From the NCBI GenBank assembly GCA_004556925.1, contig SFFI01000003.1:34187-98186 (forward strand): a stretch of 64,000 nt of DNA, in the 5' to 3' direction. This DNA comes from Clostridiales bacterium (lineage in GTDB: Bacteria; Bacillota; Clostridia; Saccharofermentanales; DTU023). The translations under genes were made by a program, and so were the position numbers. Positions 9,041 through 18,911 of the stretch are shown here, piece by piece. The notes beneath the pieces were generated by a model that saw only the letters and a list, made by a program, of their open reading frames with translations, was not told the DNA's origin and ran no database searches. The stretch's first letter is position 1. Each line of letters begins with the position of its first letter.

Positions 9041-10105
9041 TTAACCCTGATTAGCGACTTGTACGGGGCTAGGTGCAATTAAACGGTCGGCTCTAATATC
9101 CACCTGCAAAACATTGATCGAAGTATATTGGCTGACATCGGCCGCAACCTGGGTCTGGGCGGCCCGCATGACCTCTTGGGCGGGATAACCATAATAAAGG
9201 GAAATGGTAATCTCGAAAGTTGCTCCGTAAGGCTCCTTGTTAGCCCGAAAGTGCCGCATTTGGGCTACGCCCTCCACCTGCTTCAGTGAGATACGGACCA
9301 TCTGGGCCATGGCATCGTCCGAGATGGAGTAGGCACCCAGGGTAGAAAAGGTGGGCCTGACCACAGTCCTCTCGCCCTCGCCTCCAAAGCTTTTGTCACT
9401 CCGGTCAAAGCGGCGCCGGAGTTTATTAAGAGGTTCTGCCAGAGAGCCTGAAAACTCATGCCGGATCTCCATGGTCGGCACAGGGATGGTGTGCTTCCCC
9501 TGGGTCATCCGGGTTTCTTTGGCTTCCCGCCGCTCGTCCTCCGTAGAGATATCCTCAATCCGGATCAGCATAGAGGGCTTGGGCAAGTAGAGACTTTGGC
9601 AGATGCGGTCAATCATCTCCCGGGAGGTACCTAGAATCATAAGGGCTGGGGGCATCTCCTCCAGGAGGGCCCGCCGCATGTTTTGGGCCCTGGTTTCGTC
9701 TGCAAAAATGGCCGCTTTGACCGATTCAATTTTGGTAGCAGCTTTTTTAGCAGAAGAGCCTGCCACAATAGAAGAACCGTGGATGAGGATGCCATCATCA
9801 ATAATATAGTTGATCCCATTTTCCTTGGCTACCTTGATCGCCCGGGTAGATTTACCCGTGCCAGAGGGGCCTACAAAGGCCACCACCGCAATCTGGCTGA
9901 GATGTTGCCTGATCTGTTCTTCGGTCTCCAGCTCTACTGACCGGTTCATCTCGTTGACCGAGGATTTCACTGCCGAAGCAATACGGCCTAGAGGATTAAA
10001 AAGAATTTCCTCTGCCTTAACCGGAGGTAAGCGGTCCTGGCTTGTCTCCGAGTTCTCTCGGCTAGAGGACCTGTCCCGTCGTTTATGGAAGAGGAAATCA
10101 AACAT
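9041..10105 (-). CDS. P-loop NTPase fused to a C-terminal Asp23/Gls24-like domain, function unknown
   Basis: 354 aa. Walker A GPSGTGKST at about aa 80. The C-terminal ~110 aa (ISDDAMAQMVRISLKQVEGV...EITISLYYGYPAQEVMRAAQTQVAADVSQYTSINVLQVDIRADRL) matches the Asp23 alkaline-shock family pattern. Confidence 0.5.
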   Translation of the reverse strand: MFDFLFHKRRDRSSSRENSETSQDRLPPVKAEEILFNPLGRIASAVKSSVNEMNRSVELETEEQIRQHLSQIAVVAFVGPSGTGKSTRAIKVAKENGINYIIDDGILIHGSSIVAGSSAKKAATKIESVKAAIFADETRAQNMRRALLEEMPPALMILGTSREMIDRICQSLYLPKPSMLIRIEDISTEDERREAKETRMTQGKHTIPVPTMEIRHEFSGSLAEPLNKLRRRFDRSDKSFGGEGERTVVRPTFSTLGAYSISDDAMAQMVRISLKQVEGVAQMRHFRANKEPYGATFEITISLYYGYPAQEVMRAAQTQVAADVSQYTSINVLQVDIRADRLIAPSPVQVANQG

Positions 10106-10166
10106 GGGTAACTTCTCTTTTCTGCCTCTGTAGCATCCAGGGCAAGCTTAGGGCTGGATGGACGAG

Positions 10167-10907
10167 CTAGTCTTCATCATCCTCCGGCATATCCCAGTTA
10201 TGCCAAATATCATTGACATCTTCAAAGTCTTCAAGGTTTTCTAAGAGCTTTTCCATTTTTTCCTGATCTTCAGGATCCTCAAGCTTGGTCATGGTAAGGG
10301 GCTTATAGTCCACACTGCCATCTTCAATAGCATATCCCATCTCTTGCAGTGCATTTAAGACTTGGTGGAATTCATTAGGGGCCGTGACAACTTCATAGTA
10401 GTTATCCTGTATGGTAATATCCTCAGCGCCTGCATCCAGAGCTTCCAGCATGACGGTTTCATCATCAGGATAGCGGTCCTTATCCAGGATAATAGAGCCC
10501 TTCCGTTCAAACATGAAGCCAACCGAGCCAGACTCACCCAGGTTACCGCCTGACTTGTCGAAAAGGTGGCGGACCTCTCCGGCCGTACGGTTGCGGTTGT
10601 CCGTCAAGCTACGTAAAATAACGGCTACCCCGCCAGGGCCATAGCCCTCATAGATCATCTCATCAAAGTCTGCAGAATCGCTGCTGGAGGCCTTGCTGAT
10701 CGAACGGTTGATACTATCGTTGGGCATATTATTGGACTTGGCTTTGCGGATAGCATCCTCCAAGGCGCGGTTGGTGCTAGGATCAGGCCCACCATGCTTA
10801 ACCGCCATCTGGATTTCTTTACCCAGCTTGGTGAAGATCTGGCCTTTAGCAGCATCTTGGGCACCCTTGCGGCGCTTGATATTATTCCATTTTGAATGTC
10901 CGGACAT
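10167..10907 (-). CDS. YebC/PmpR family DNA-binding transcriptional regulator
   Basis: 246 aa with the family N-terminus MSGHSKWNNIKRRKGAQDAAKGQIFTKLGKEI. Confidence 0.9.
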   Translation of the reverse strand: MSGHSKWNNIKRRKGAQDAAKGQIFTKLGKEIQMAVKHGGPDPSTNRALEDAIRKAKSNNMPNDSINRSISKASSSDSADFDEMIYEGYGPGGVAVILRSLTDNRNRTAGEVRHLFDKSGGNLGESGSVGFMFERKGSIILDKDRYPDDETVMLEALDAGAEDITIQDNYYEVVTAPNEFHQVLNALQEMGYAIEDGSVDYKPLTMTKLEDPEDQEKMEKLLENLEDFEDVNDIWHNWDMPEDDED

Positions 10908-10982
10908 ATAAACTCCTTTTCAAGTCAGCTTTGAACTGAGTTGCTTATAAACTAACCTTTATTATAGCAAAAGCCCTAGAGC

Positions 10983-11663
10983 CTAGTCGATACCTCTTGG
11001 AGCGTAGGCTAAGCCCTCGGGGGCACAAATCCCCTCCCCTTGACTTTGCTCCGCCACTAAGGCCCGTAAGTCTTCTTCGCGTTCCGGAGGGAGGGCCACC
11101 AACCATTCCACATCCAGGCCAAACTCCGCTTCTTCTTGCTGGAAGCCTGCTGCCTCCAACTTGTAGCGTAGGCTGTCGTAAACCCCGTATGGCACCATCA
11201 CCCGCATTTTAAGCTGTAAAGTCATGGTCACCAGGCCTGCGGCTGCTATGGCCTGGGCGGCCGCCTGGGTATAGCACTTCACCAGGCCCCCTGTGCCCAG
11301 GAGCACTCCGCCAAAATATCGCACTACCAAAATTTGCGCCTGGTCCACACCACCCTTGCGCAAAACGTCTAAAACAGGCATTCCCGCTGTCCCCTTAGGC
11401 TCACCATCATCTGAATACTTTCCCCCAATCTCCGGGAAAATATGCTGCCAGGCATAAACCCAATGGGTCGCATCTGGAAAATCCGCCCGACACTGGGCCA
11501 GCCGGGCTTCGGCCTCCGCCCCATTTGCAATGGGCAGGCAAATACCAATAAAGCGTGACCGGCGTTCCTCAAACTCAATCTGGGCTTCCCGCTCGACCGT
11601 TGTCCAGGAAGCTGGCCCACGAAAATCTGCTGGTAAATACTTGTGCACGAGGCTTTCATACAT
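10983..11663 (-). CDS. YigZ family protein (IMPACT/UPF0029 N-terminal domain)
   Basis: 226 aa. Contains ERRSRFIG, SDDGEPKGTAGMP and RYFGGVLLGTGGL motifs. Confidence 0.75.
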   Translation of the reverse strand: MYESLVHKYLPADFRGPASWTTVEREAQIEFEERRSRFIGICLPIANGAEAEARLAQCRADFPDATHWVYAWQHIFPEIGGKYSDDGEPKGTAGMPVLDVLRKGGVDQAQILVVRYFGGVLLGTGGLVKCYTQAAAQAIAAAGLVTMTLQLKMRVMVPYGVYDSLRYKLEAAGFQQEEAEFGLDVEWLVALPPEREEDLRALVAEQSQGEGICAPEGLAYAPRGID

Positions 11664-11685
11664 GGGCTTATTGTAGCAAGATTAG

Positions 11686-13227
11686 GTGTATGACGTCCAA
11701 AAGCCCTTCCATTGTGGTATTCTTATCTCTATGCAAGGCATTTTTCTTAATGACCCTAAGGTCCCTAAAGGCCCGCGCTTTCATTTGCGGGCTCTGGCCA
11801 TCTTGGTCCTCATTGGCGTGCAAGTGGGGATCTTTTTCCTACTCTACCGCAATAGTAGGGTGGATGAAAATCAGGAAACCCTGGTGACAAACCCCACTCG
11901 GCCAGTTGTCGCTACCGCCCCTCCGCCGCCTTTGGCGCTTTCAATTAAGGATGACGGCATGCAGGACCTCTTAAATGATTACTTTGGTCCTCTGCCCCGG
12001 GTTAAGGAAGAAGATAGGAAGCCTTATCAAAGTCTTTATCCGGTTAAGGGGATTTATCTGGGGACTGGCAAAGATTTAGATGCCGCCCTGGATCTGGCAC
12101 AAAACACAGAAGTCAATGCTTTTGTCATCGACGTCAAGGAGTCTTGGGGCTTAACCTATAAGTCACAAGTCCCCTTGGTCCAGGCAATGCAGGCCGATTC
12201 TGGCACTATCGACCTACAAGCTATCTTTGACCGCTGCCATGCGGCCGGCGTTAAAGTGATTGCCCGCCTGGTCTGCTTCAAGGATGAGGTCATGCCTCAG
12301 GCCCGACCTGATCTCTGCATCCAAGATAATGACGGCAACCTGCTCTCCTTTCCCTTAGAAGGGGGACTAGCCTTTGCTGATCCTTATAATCCTGAAGTCT
12401 GGGCCTATCTTCTGGATATCGCCCGTGAAGTGGTAGCCATGGGAGCAGATGAAATTCAATTTGACTATGTCCGCTTTCCCACAGGCTCCGCAGAGTCAGG
12501 AGCGGCCCCAAGTTTTGCGGCTATTGAAGAGAAGATTCCCAAGCAGTACGCCATTAATCGCTTTCTGGAAACCGCCCGAATTGAAATTCAGGAAAAGCTT
12601 GGCGTCCCAATCTCAGCCGACCTCTTTTCCATTGTCATGTCCTCAGAAGTGGACGGCCAGCTTATCGGACAGAATTGGTCCACCATCGGGCTGACGGGTA
12701 TTGACTGTATTTGCCCCATGATTTATCCCTCCCACTACGCCAATGCCTCCTTAGGCAGCCAGGGCAACGGGGTGGGTTCCTATATTGGCCAAGATTTTTT
12801 CACCGCGCCGGATACCGAACCCTACGCCGTTATAGAGAACGCCATTATAGATGGGGAACGCGCAAGCAAGCAGGCAGGCTACACTAGGCTACGCCCTTGG
12901 CTCCAAGCCTTTACTGCCTCTTGGCTGCCCCAGGGTTATTTTATGGCCTACGGCGGAGCAGAAATCCGCCAGCAAATAGAAGCCGTCTATGCGGCAGGCT
13001 ACGGGGAATGGTTGCTTTGGGACGCGGAATACACCTATCCGCGTGAGGCTTTTATCTCAGGGGCCGAAGCCCAAGTCCAGGAACGCCAGCAGGCTGTGGC
13101 CAGCGAGGCTCAGGCGAGCGAGCTGGCCTCCGAGCAGGCTTCCGAATCCGAGGCCCTAGCAGAGTTAGGGGGCGACGGCCAGCCTGTCTTCCCGATCGCA
13201 ACCGCCCCGCTCGGCCAAGGCCACTAG
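11686..13227 (+). CDS. membrane-anchored putative glycoside hydrolase (DUF4015 / COG1306 TIM-barrel family)
   Basis: 513 aa. N-terminal TM ALAILVLIGVQVGIFFLLY, then VKGIYLG...NAFVIDVKE...IQFDYVRFP, typical of this family. Acidic, serine-rich C-terminal tail. The start codon is uncertain. Confidence 0.6.
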   Translation: MYDVQKPFHCGILISMQGIFLNDPKVPKGPRFHLRALAILVLIGVQVGIFFLLYRNSRVDENQETLVTNPTRPVVATAPPPPLALSIKDDGMQDLLNDYFGPLPRVKEEDRKPYQSLYPVKGIYLGTGKDLDAALDLAQNTEVNAFVIDVKESWGLTYKSQVPLVQAMQADSGTIDLQAIFDRCHAAGVKVIARLVCFKDEVMPQARPDLCIQDNDGNLLSFPLEGGLAFADPYNPEVWAYLLDIAREVVAMGADEIQFDYVRFPTGSAESGAAPSFAAIEEKIPKQYAINRFLETARIEIQEKLGVPISADLFSIVMSSEVDGQLIGQNWSTIGLTGIDCICPMIYPSHYANASLGSQGNGVGSYIGQDFFTAPDTEPYAVIENAIIDGERASKQAGYTRLRPWLQAFTASWLPQGYFMAYGGAEIRQQIEAVYAAGYGEWLLWDAEYTYPREAFISGAEAQVQERQQAVASEAQASELASEQASESEALAELGGDGQPVFPIATAPLGQGH

Positions 13228-13258
13228 GATCTCTAGAGCCAGTCAGCTGGTCTTTTCC

Positions 13259-13618
13259 TTAATCCGCGAAAATATAGCGGACAATTTGTTGAATGATAGC
13301 CAAATCTTGAGCAGGTATTTGCTCAATAAACTCCAGCTTGCGGCAACTAAAATCGAATGACTTTAATTGAGATACAATGATTTGCCCATGGGTCTGGGTA
13401 GTGTCAGGTAAACTATAGCGTGTGGGAAAGTTTTTGACTGTACTAGTGATAGGACAGACCACAGCAAATCCGGTAGTAAGGTTAAACTGAAATTTAGAGA
13501 TAACAAGGGCAGGCCTTCGTTTTTTGATTTCCTTACCGCTAGCCGGATCAAAATCGATCCAGACGATGTCGCCCTCTTTAGGAACATATTGGTCTCGTTG
13601 GTCTCGTGCGCTGTCCAC
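13259..13618 (-). CDS. mazF: type II toxin, PemK/MazF family endoribonuclease
   Basis: 119 aa. YVPKEGDIVWIDFDPASGKEIKKRRPALVISKFQFNLTTGFAVVCPITS aligns closely with the MazF/ChpBK N-terminal core. Confidence 0.85.
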   Translation of the reverse strand: MDSARDQRDQYVPKEGDIVWIDFDPASGKEIKKRRPALVISKFQFNLTTGFAVVCPITSTVKNFPTRYSLPDTTQTHGQIIVSQLKSFDFSCRKLEFIEQIPAQDLAIIQQIVRYIFAD

Positions 13619-13645
13619 TAAACTTTACTCCTTTAGATATAGAGT

Positions 13646-13876
13646 CTATATCTCTTCTTTGCCAGCTGCGGGCACATCTTGCCAATAGTCTGCCTCATAG
13701 AAAGCATCCGGTTCAGCTACACGAAAAGGATCCGTAATTTCAGGTACCATGATGATGGATCCATTTTGGGTATACGTAACCATATAGTCTTTGCCACTTT
13801 TGAGCTTAACTTCCTCTGCCCCCGGAAGTGTTACTACAATAGAGCTTCCTTGTTTTCTGGTTCTTGTTTTTTTCAT
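13646..13876 (-). CDS. mazE: type II antitoxin, AbrB/MazE/SpoVT fold
   Basis: 76 aa. KQGSSIVVTLPGAEEVKLKSGKDYMV swapped-hairpin pattern with an acidic C-terminus. Sits 27 nt upstream of mazF. Confidence 0.75.
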   Translation of the reverse strand: MKKTRTRKQGSSIVVTLPGAEEVKLKSGKDYMVTYTQNGSIIMVPEITDPFRVAEPDAFYEADYWQDVPAAGKEEI

Positions 13877-13946
13877 ATCACCACCTCCAGCAACACAAGA
13901 ATAACATAATTACACCTAGTGTTGCAAGATGTTGTTTCGAAACATT

Positions 13947-13975
13947 AAAGGGACCGCCTGACTGACAGTCCCTTT
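13947..13975 (-). terminator. putative intrinsic terminator downstream of serS
   Basis: Minus-strand hairpin AAAGGGAC-(13 nt)-GTCCCTTT followed by a weak T tract, about 30 nt after the serS stop. Confidence 0.4.
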
Positions 13976-14002
13976 AGAGTCGATTGATTTCTTGACTAAG
14001 CT

Positions 14003-15310
14003 CTACTTGCGAGGCTCCAAGACCTCCTGTCCCTGCATATAGGGGCGGAGAACCTCTGGAATAATTACACTGCCATCTGCCTGCTGATTTTGCTCCAAAA
14101 TGGCTGGGAAAATCCGGGAAGTGGCAAGGCCAGACCCGTTAAGGCTGTGCAGGAATTCCGGCTTGTTGCCATCTTGGCGGCGGAAGCGGAGGTTCGTACG
14201 CCGCGCCTGGTAATCGCCTGAGGTGGAAACAGAGGATACCTCTTTATAACCGCCCATAGAGGGAATGTAGACCTCAATATCCCAGGTTTCCCGCATGGAG
14301 GCCGAGACATCGCCTGCAGCCAGCTTGACCAGCTGGTAGTGGAGGCCTAGTTTTTCTACCAGGCTGCAGGCCTTTGTAATGAGCTCTTTTAAGGCCGCCT
14401 CATCGTCTTCTGGCTTTACAAATTGGAACATCTCTACCTTATTAAACTGGTGGCCCCGGATCATACCGCGTTCTTCGGCCCGGTAGGAGCCCGCTTCCCG
14501 GCGGTAGCAGGGTGTGTAGGCAAAGCATTTGATGGGCAGGTCTTCTTCCTCCAAGATTTCATCCCGGTAGAGGTTGACCAGGGCTGTTTCTGCCGTGGGC
14601 AGGAGGAAACGGCCAAAGCCTTGCCCGTATTCATCGTCTTCCTTGCCTTGGAGCCGGAGCTGGAAGACATCTTCCGAAAATTTCGGGAACTGGCCAGCGC
14701 CCAGGCCGCAGGCATAGTTGAGGATGTGGGGCGGCAGGATCATTTCATAGCCATCTTTAATGTGCTCATTAATAAAGAAGTTGAGCAGGGCCCATTCCAG
14801 GCGGGCTCCCTGGCCCCTATACATCCAAAAACCAGAGCCGGAAAGTTTACTACCCCGGTCATAATCGATTAAGCCCAGACTTTCGGCTAAATCCACATGG
14901 TGCTTAGGTTCATAGGCGAATTGAGGTTTTTCCCCAAAAGTCTTCATCACCTGGTTATTTTCCTTGCCGCCTGCAACCACATGGTCGTGGGGCATATTGG
15001 GCAGGCCAATCATAAATTGATACTGGGCCTCATCCAAGGCTTGTAGTTCAACTTCTTTATTTTTGATATCTTCGGAAACTTGTTTAAGCTCTTCCAAGAG
15101 TCCAGAGGCGTCCTGGCCAGCTTTTTTCAGTTTGGGGATTTCTGCGGATTTCTTATTACGCAAGGCCTTGAGTTCTTCCGTCTCGTGGATCAGGGCGCGG
15201 CGTTCCTTGTCCTGGTCTAGAAAGTGGCTGAGATCTAAATCAAAGCCTCGCTTGGCTAAAGCTTTAACTACAGTTTCGGGATCATTGCGCAGTAAATTAA
15301 TATCTAACAT
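14003..15310 (-). CDS. serS: serine--tRNA ligase
   Basis: Class II aaRS with an N-terminal coiled-coil arm (MLDINLLRNDPETV...). The likely true start is the ATG at 15310, preceded by GGAAGAGGAAAT. The track ORF extends to 15355. Confidence 0.9.
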   Translation of the reverse strand: MLDINLLRNDPETVVKALAKRGFDLDLSHFLDQDKERRALIHETEELKALRNKKSAEIPKLKKAGQDASGLLEELKQVSEDIKNKEVELQALDEAQYQFMIGLPNMPHDHVVAGGKENNQVMKTFGEKPQFAYEPKHHVDLAESLGLIDYDRGSKLSGSGFWMYRGQGARLEWALLNFFINEHIKDGYEMILPPHILNYACGLGAGQFPKFSEDVFQLRLQGKEDDEYGQGFGRFLLPTAETALVNLYRDEILEEEDLPIKCFAYTPCYRREAGSYRAEERGMIRGHQFNKVEMFQFVKPEDDEAALKELITKACSLVEKLGLHYQLVKLAAGDVSASMRETWDIEVYIPSMGGYKEVSSVSTSGDYQARRTNLRFRRQDGNKPEFLHSLNGSGLATSRIFPAILEQNQQADGSVIIPEVLRPYMQGQEVLEPRK

Positions 15311-15397
15311 ATTTCCTCTTCCTTTCTGCTCCACGGCTACAGGCTTAGGTGTCAATTAATAGCTTTTCTAGATTATAGCTCAAGCGAGGGCCCTCGG

Positions 15398-16801
15398 CTA
15401 TCTTCGATCTTTGGGATAGGCTTGCAGGGCAAGGCCCGTAAGAGCCTCTACGCTAGCACACAGGACTTGAAGATTGGGCAGGAGGTCTTCTTCTCTAAAG
15501 TCAAAGGCAGGGTGGTGGTGGGCGGTGCTTGTATCCGTGCCCAACATAAGGTGGAGGGCCTGGCCGCCCTGGCGGAGGACCTGGTTCATCCATGTGACTA
15601 CATCTTCCGAAGCCGCGAAGTCCGGAGCCAGGATGGGCTGTAACCCTAGGGCAGCCACGGTCTGGTGGAGCTTGCGGCCCTGATCCACATAGGCTGAAAG
15701 GTAAGCAGGGTCCAGGGCTTCCGCGTAGCCCTCGGGGGTCAGCTGGTAGCTGAGGTCCCTAGCCTGGCAGATTCCCTGGACCAGCGTTTTCATCTTGCTT
15801 TCTAAGTCCTGCATGGTCTTTGCATCTATCGCCCGAATTTCAAACTCCATCTGGGCGGACTCGGGGATCACATTGGGAACCTGACCGGCCTCCAGCCTGC
15901 CCACATTAAGGAAGGCTTTGCTATGCCCATATTGGGTGAGGGTATGGAGGTTTAAGGCCAGGCTGGCAGCTGCCAGCAGGGCATTTTTTCCGGTTTCGGG
16001 TGCGGAAGCAGCGTGGGCAGCTTGGCCCTGCACATCCAGCAAGAACTTTTGACTGGCCAGGAAGCCTTGTGTTGCCAACCCCAGGCTACTAGACGGAATC
16101 CCCAGGCCCAAGTGGCAGGCAAACATGTAGTCCACCCCAGCCGCCAAGCCCTTCTTTACCATGCTGTAGGCGCCCCGGCAGGACTCTTCCGCAGGTTGAA
16201 AAACCAGGCGAACCTTGCCTTTAAGCGATGTGGTCTGGGCGATAATCTGGGCCAAGGCAAGGCCCAAGGCAATATGACCATCGTGGGCACAGGCATGGCA
16301 GGCCTGACCGTTGCTTTGAGCGAAGTGTTCTCTCGCTGGCCGGTGGTCTTTGGCTTGGCTTTCCCCTATTGCTAGTGCATCTATGTCGAAGCGGAAGAGT
16401 ACATAAGGACCAGGCTGACCCGAGTCCCAATCTGCTACTACACCCGTATAAGAATCTAAAATTTCAGCAAAGACGCGGTCATCAATCGGCATCTGGGTCG
16501 CATGATTGGTCGTTCGCGCAATGGGGGCACTGGCCCCTTGTTGCACGCGCCCAAAAAGTTGAGCCAACTCTGCCCGTTTAATCCCACACTTCGCTTCATA
16601 ATGCGCCTTAAAGTCCCTACTCGGCAGGGCTAAACGGTTTTCTGTATGTAAAGCCTTGCCTAGCTGAACAGACCAACCAAGGTCTACAAGGCGGGCGGCA
16701 ATCTCCAGGCTGGTACGAAACTCTAGCCAGCCCGGCTCGGCAAGGCTATGGAAAAAGCGGCGGTCAGCGATGAGTTGCTGGGCAAGTGGGAGTGCAGGCA
16801 T
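15398..16801 (-). CDS. M20 family amidohydrolase / peptidase
   Basis: 467 aa. Contains ACAHDGH and VFQPAEES metal-binding motifs of M20D amidohydrolases. Confidence 0.7.
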   Translation of the reverse strand: MPALPLAQQLIADRRFFHSLAEPGWLEFRTSLEIAARLVDLGWSVQLGKALHTENRLALPSRDFKAHYEAKCGIKRAELAQLFGRVQQGASAPIARTTNHATQMPIDDRVFAEILDSYTGVVADWDSGQPGPYVLFRFDIDALAIGESQAKDHRPAREHFAQSNGQACHACAHDGHIALGLALAQIIAQTTSLKGKVRLVFQPAEESCRGAYSMVKKGLAAGVDYMFACHLGLGIPSSSLGLATQGFLASQKFLLDVQGQAAHAASAPETGKNALLAAASLALNLHTLTQYGHSKAFLNVGRLEAGQVPNVIPESAQMEFEIRAIDAKTMQDLESKMKTLVQGICQARDLSYQLTPEGYAEALDPAYLSAYVDQGRKLHQTVAALGLQPILAPDFAASEDVVTWMNQVLRQGGQALHLMLGTDTSTAHHHPAFDFREEDLLPNLQVLCASVEALTGLALQAYPKDRR

Positions 16802-16883
16802 AGGGGAACCTCAACTTAACAAGGATAGGCAAATGATAACACGCCTGCTAGGTGCTGGGAGAAGACTAGTATCTTTTGAAATT

Positions 16884-16914
16884 AAAAGAAGCTGGTCCGT
16901 ATTGGACCAGCTCC
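16884..16914 (-). terminator. intrinsic terminator after rplL
   Basis: Minus strand GGAGCTGGTCC-AATAC-GGACCAGCTTC followed by TTTTAATTTC, about 50 nt after the rplL stop. Confidence 0.8.
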
Positions 16915-16964
16915 GTAAAGTCTAGGCAACCAGCAGGGCTGGCTGAGCTAAAAGGAAGCGCAAA

Positions 16965-17351
16965 CTACTTGAGTTCGACTTCGGCGCCAGCTTCTTTGAG
17001 CTTGTTGGCGATTTCTTCGGCTTCTTCTTTTTCAACGCCTTCCTTGACCGGCTTGGGTGCTTCGTCAACCAGAGCCTTAGCGTCTTTGAGGCCGAGGCCG
17101 GTGAGTTCACGGACAACCTTGATAACGCCGATTTTGCTGGCACCAGCAGACTTCAGGATAACGTCAAAGCTGCTCTGCTCTTCTTCAGCGGCTGCACCAC
17201 CGGCTGCGCCAGCGGCACCAGGAGCAACGGTCATCATAGCGGCGGCGGATACGCCAAATTCTTCCTCTAAGGCTTTGACCAGGTCATTCAGTTCGATAAC
17301 GGTTAGGCCCTTAACTTCTTCGATGAGGGCATTAATTTTTTCACTTGCCAT
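16965..17351 (-). CDS. rplL: 50S ribosomal protein L7/L12
   Basis: 128 aa. [26 protein letters not shown], an Ala/Gly hinge, and [19 protein letters not shown]. Confidence 0.95.
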   Translation of the reverse strand: MASEKINALIEEVKGLTVIELNDLVKALEEEFGVSAAAMMTVAPGAAGAAGGAAAEEEQSSFDVILKSAGASKIGVIKVVRELTGLGLKDAKALVDEAPKPVKEGVEKEEAEEIANKLKEAGAEVELK

Positions 17352-17368
17352 TTTATATTCCTCCCAAA

Positions 17369-18037
17369 TTATTCAGCGGGGCTTTCTTCCGCTGCTGGTG
17401 TTTCTTCTTGGCCTTCGGTGGCCGGGGCAGGGGCCTCTTCTTGAGGTGCTGCATTTTCTTCAGGCGCAGATTCTGCGGCCGGGGCTTCTTCAGCTGCAGG
17501 AGCAGCTTCGACAGCCAGGTCTTTAACATTTTCCAGGCCGTTCTCTTCCGCTTTCTTGGCCATAGCGCCAAGGGTCATGGCCAGAGAAGTGACAGGGAAA
17601 ATCAGGCTGGATACCAGTTGTCCGTACAGAACTTCAAGTGAAGGAATGTTAGACAGAGCGGTGATGGTTTCGAGGGGTGCCAGGGCACCTTCGATAACGC
17701 CACCCTTAATCTTCATTTTCTTGAAGTCGTCGACATACTTTTTGACCAAGCGAGGAGCCATCGTAATGTCATCATTTGACCATGCAATGGCTGTGGGGCC
17801 AGTCAAAATTTCGTCGAGGCCAGTTACACCGAGCTCTTCAAAAGCTCTGAGTAGCTGGGTGTTCTTCACAACCCGGTAATTCAGATTGCCTTCACGGAAA
17901 GCATGGCGCATTTGCGTGTCTTGATCTACGGTTAAGCCCTGGTATTCGGAAAATACGACGGACTCAGCAGACTTAAGATCTTCGACTAAGAGCTCAACGG
18001 CCGCTTGCTTTTTGGCGAGAATTTTATCGCTGGGCAT
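17369..18037 (-). CDS. rplJ: 50S ribosomal protein L10 with an acidic Ala/Pro/Glu-rich C-terminal extension
   Basis: 222 aa. L10 core ([23 protein letters not shown]...) plus about 50 extra C-terminal residues, [48 protein letters not shown]. Confidence 0.9.
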   Translation of the reverse strand: MPSDKILAKKQAAVELLVEDLKSAESVVFSEYQGLTVDQDTQMRHAFREGNLNYRVVKNTQLLRAFEELGVTGLDEILTGPTAIAWSNDDITMAPRLVKKYVDDFKKMKIKGGVIEGALAPLETITALSNIPSLEVLYGQLVSSLIFPVTSLAMTLGAMAKKAEENGLENVKDLAVEAAPAAEEAPAAESAPEENAAPQEEAPAPATEGQEETPAAEESPAE

Positions 18038-18216
18038 TCTCTTACCTCCTTATGTATTTAAATACCCCTCTCGCTCACCAGAAAGCGGAGGGGTACACAT
18101 AGTCCACATCTCCACCTCGGCCGGAATGTTTAAGGCAGGGCCTCCGGCTGTCTTAGGCGATCAGGTGTATTTATGAAGTTAAGCTACAAGGCTCGAAGGC
18201 CTGCAGCAGTTGGGGA
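18038..18216 (-). promoter_or_regulatory. ribosomal protein L10 leader (autoregulatory 5' UTR of rplJ-rplL)
   Basis: 179-nt gap between rplA and rplJ. The minus strand contains GCCTAAGACAGCCGGAGG, which resembles the 23S rRNA L10-binding region, and a terminator-like hairpin ACCCCTC-(17 nt)-GAGGGGT followed by ATTTAAAT just upstream of the RBS. Confidence 0.55.
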
Positions 18217-18909
18217 TTAGCGGCCAGTGGTGGCTACGCGGACCCCAGGTCCCATGGTAGAAGCAATGGTGCAGGAACGGATGTAACGTCCCTTAGCAGC
18301 TGCAGGTTTGGACCGAATAATGGCCTCCAGAAGTGCTTCGAAGTTTTCTTGGAGCTTTTCGGCGCCAAAGCTAGCTTTACCAATAGAACAGTGGATAATA
18401 TTTTGTTTATCTAAGCGGTATTCAATTTTACCGGCCTTAGCGTCATTAACTGCAGTAGTGACATCGTTAGTAACGGTACCAGACTTGGGGTTAGGCATGA
18501 GGCCCTTTGGACCTAAAACCCGGCCTAAGCGGCCCACAACACCCATCATGTCAGGAGTCGCGATAACGACCTCAAAGTCAAACCAGTTTTCTTTCTGGAT
18601 CTTCTCGACCATGTCTTCTGCACCTACGTAATCTGCACCGGCAGCCTTGGCTTCTTCAGCTTTTTCGCCCTTGGCGAAAACTAGGGTGCGGACAGTTTTA
18701 CCTGTACCGTGAGGCAGAACGACAGAACCACGGACCTGCTGGTCAGCGTGACGGGAGTCAACGCCCAGACGAGCATGGAGTTCGATGGTTTCATCAAATT
18801 TAGCGGTGGCCATTTCCAGCACTAAGTTCATGGCCTCGGCGAGCTCATAAGTCTGGGAATGGTCATATTTAGCAAAGGCTTCTTTATATCTCTTACCAGT
18901 TTTAGACAT
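18217..18909 (-). CDS. rplA: 50S ribosomal protein L1
   Basis: 230 aa. [34 protein letters not shown]. Confidence 0.95.
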   Translation of the reverse strand: MSKTGKRYKEAFAKYDHSQTYELAEAMNLVLEMATAKFDETIELHARLGVDSRHADQQVRGSVVLPHGTGKTVRTLVFAKGEKAEEAKAAGADYVGAEDMVEKIQKENWFDFEVVIATPDMMGVVGRLGRVLGPKGLMPNPKSGTVTNDVTTAVNDAKAGKIEYRLDKQNIIHCSIGKASFGAEKLQENFEALLEAIIRSKPAAAKGRYIRSCTIASTMGPGVRVATTGR

Positions 18910-18911
18910 GA

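Noticed and set aside
15311-15397. T-box leaders upstream of serS, and upstream of glyQS at about 40018
   Set aside because: Only about 87 nt are available upstream of serS, and glyQS abuts rpoZ. Neither leaves room for a ~200-nt T-box element.
16876-17641. Plus-strand ORFs of 216 aa and 98 aa
   Set aside because: They lie antisense to rplL and rplJ. Their translations are low-complexity mirror images of the Ala/Glu-rich ribosomal stalk genes.
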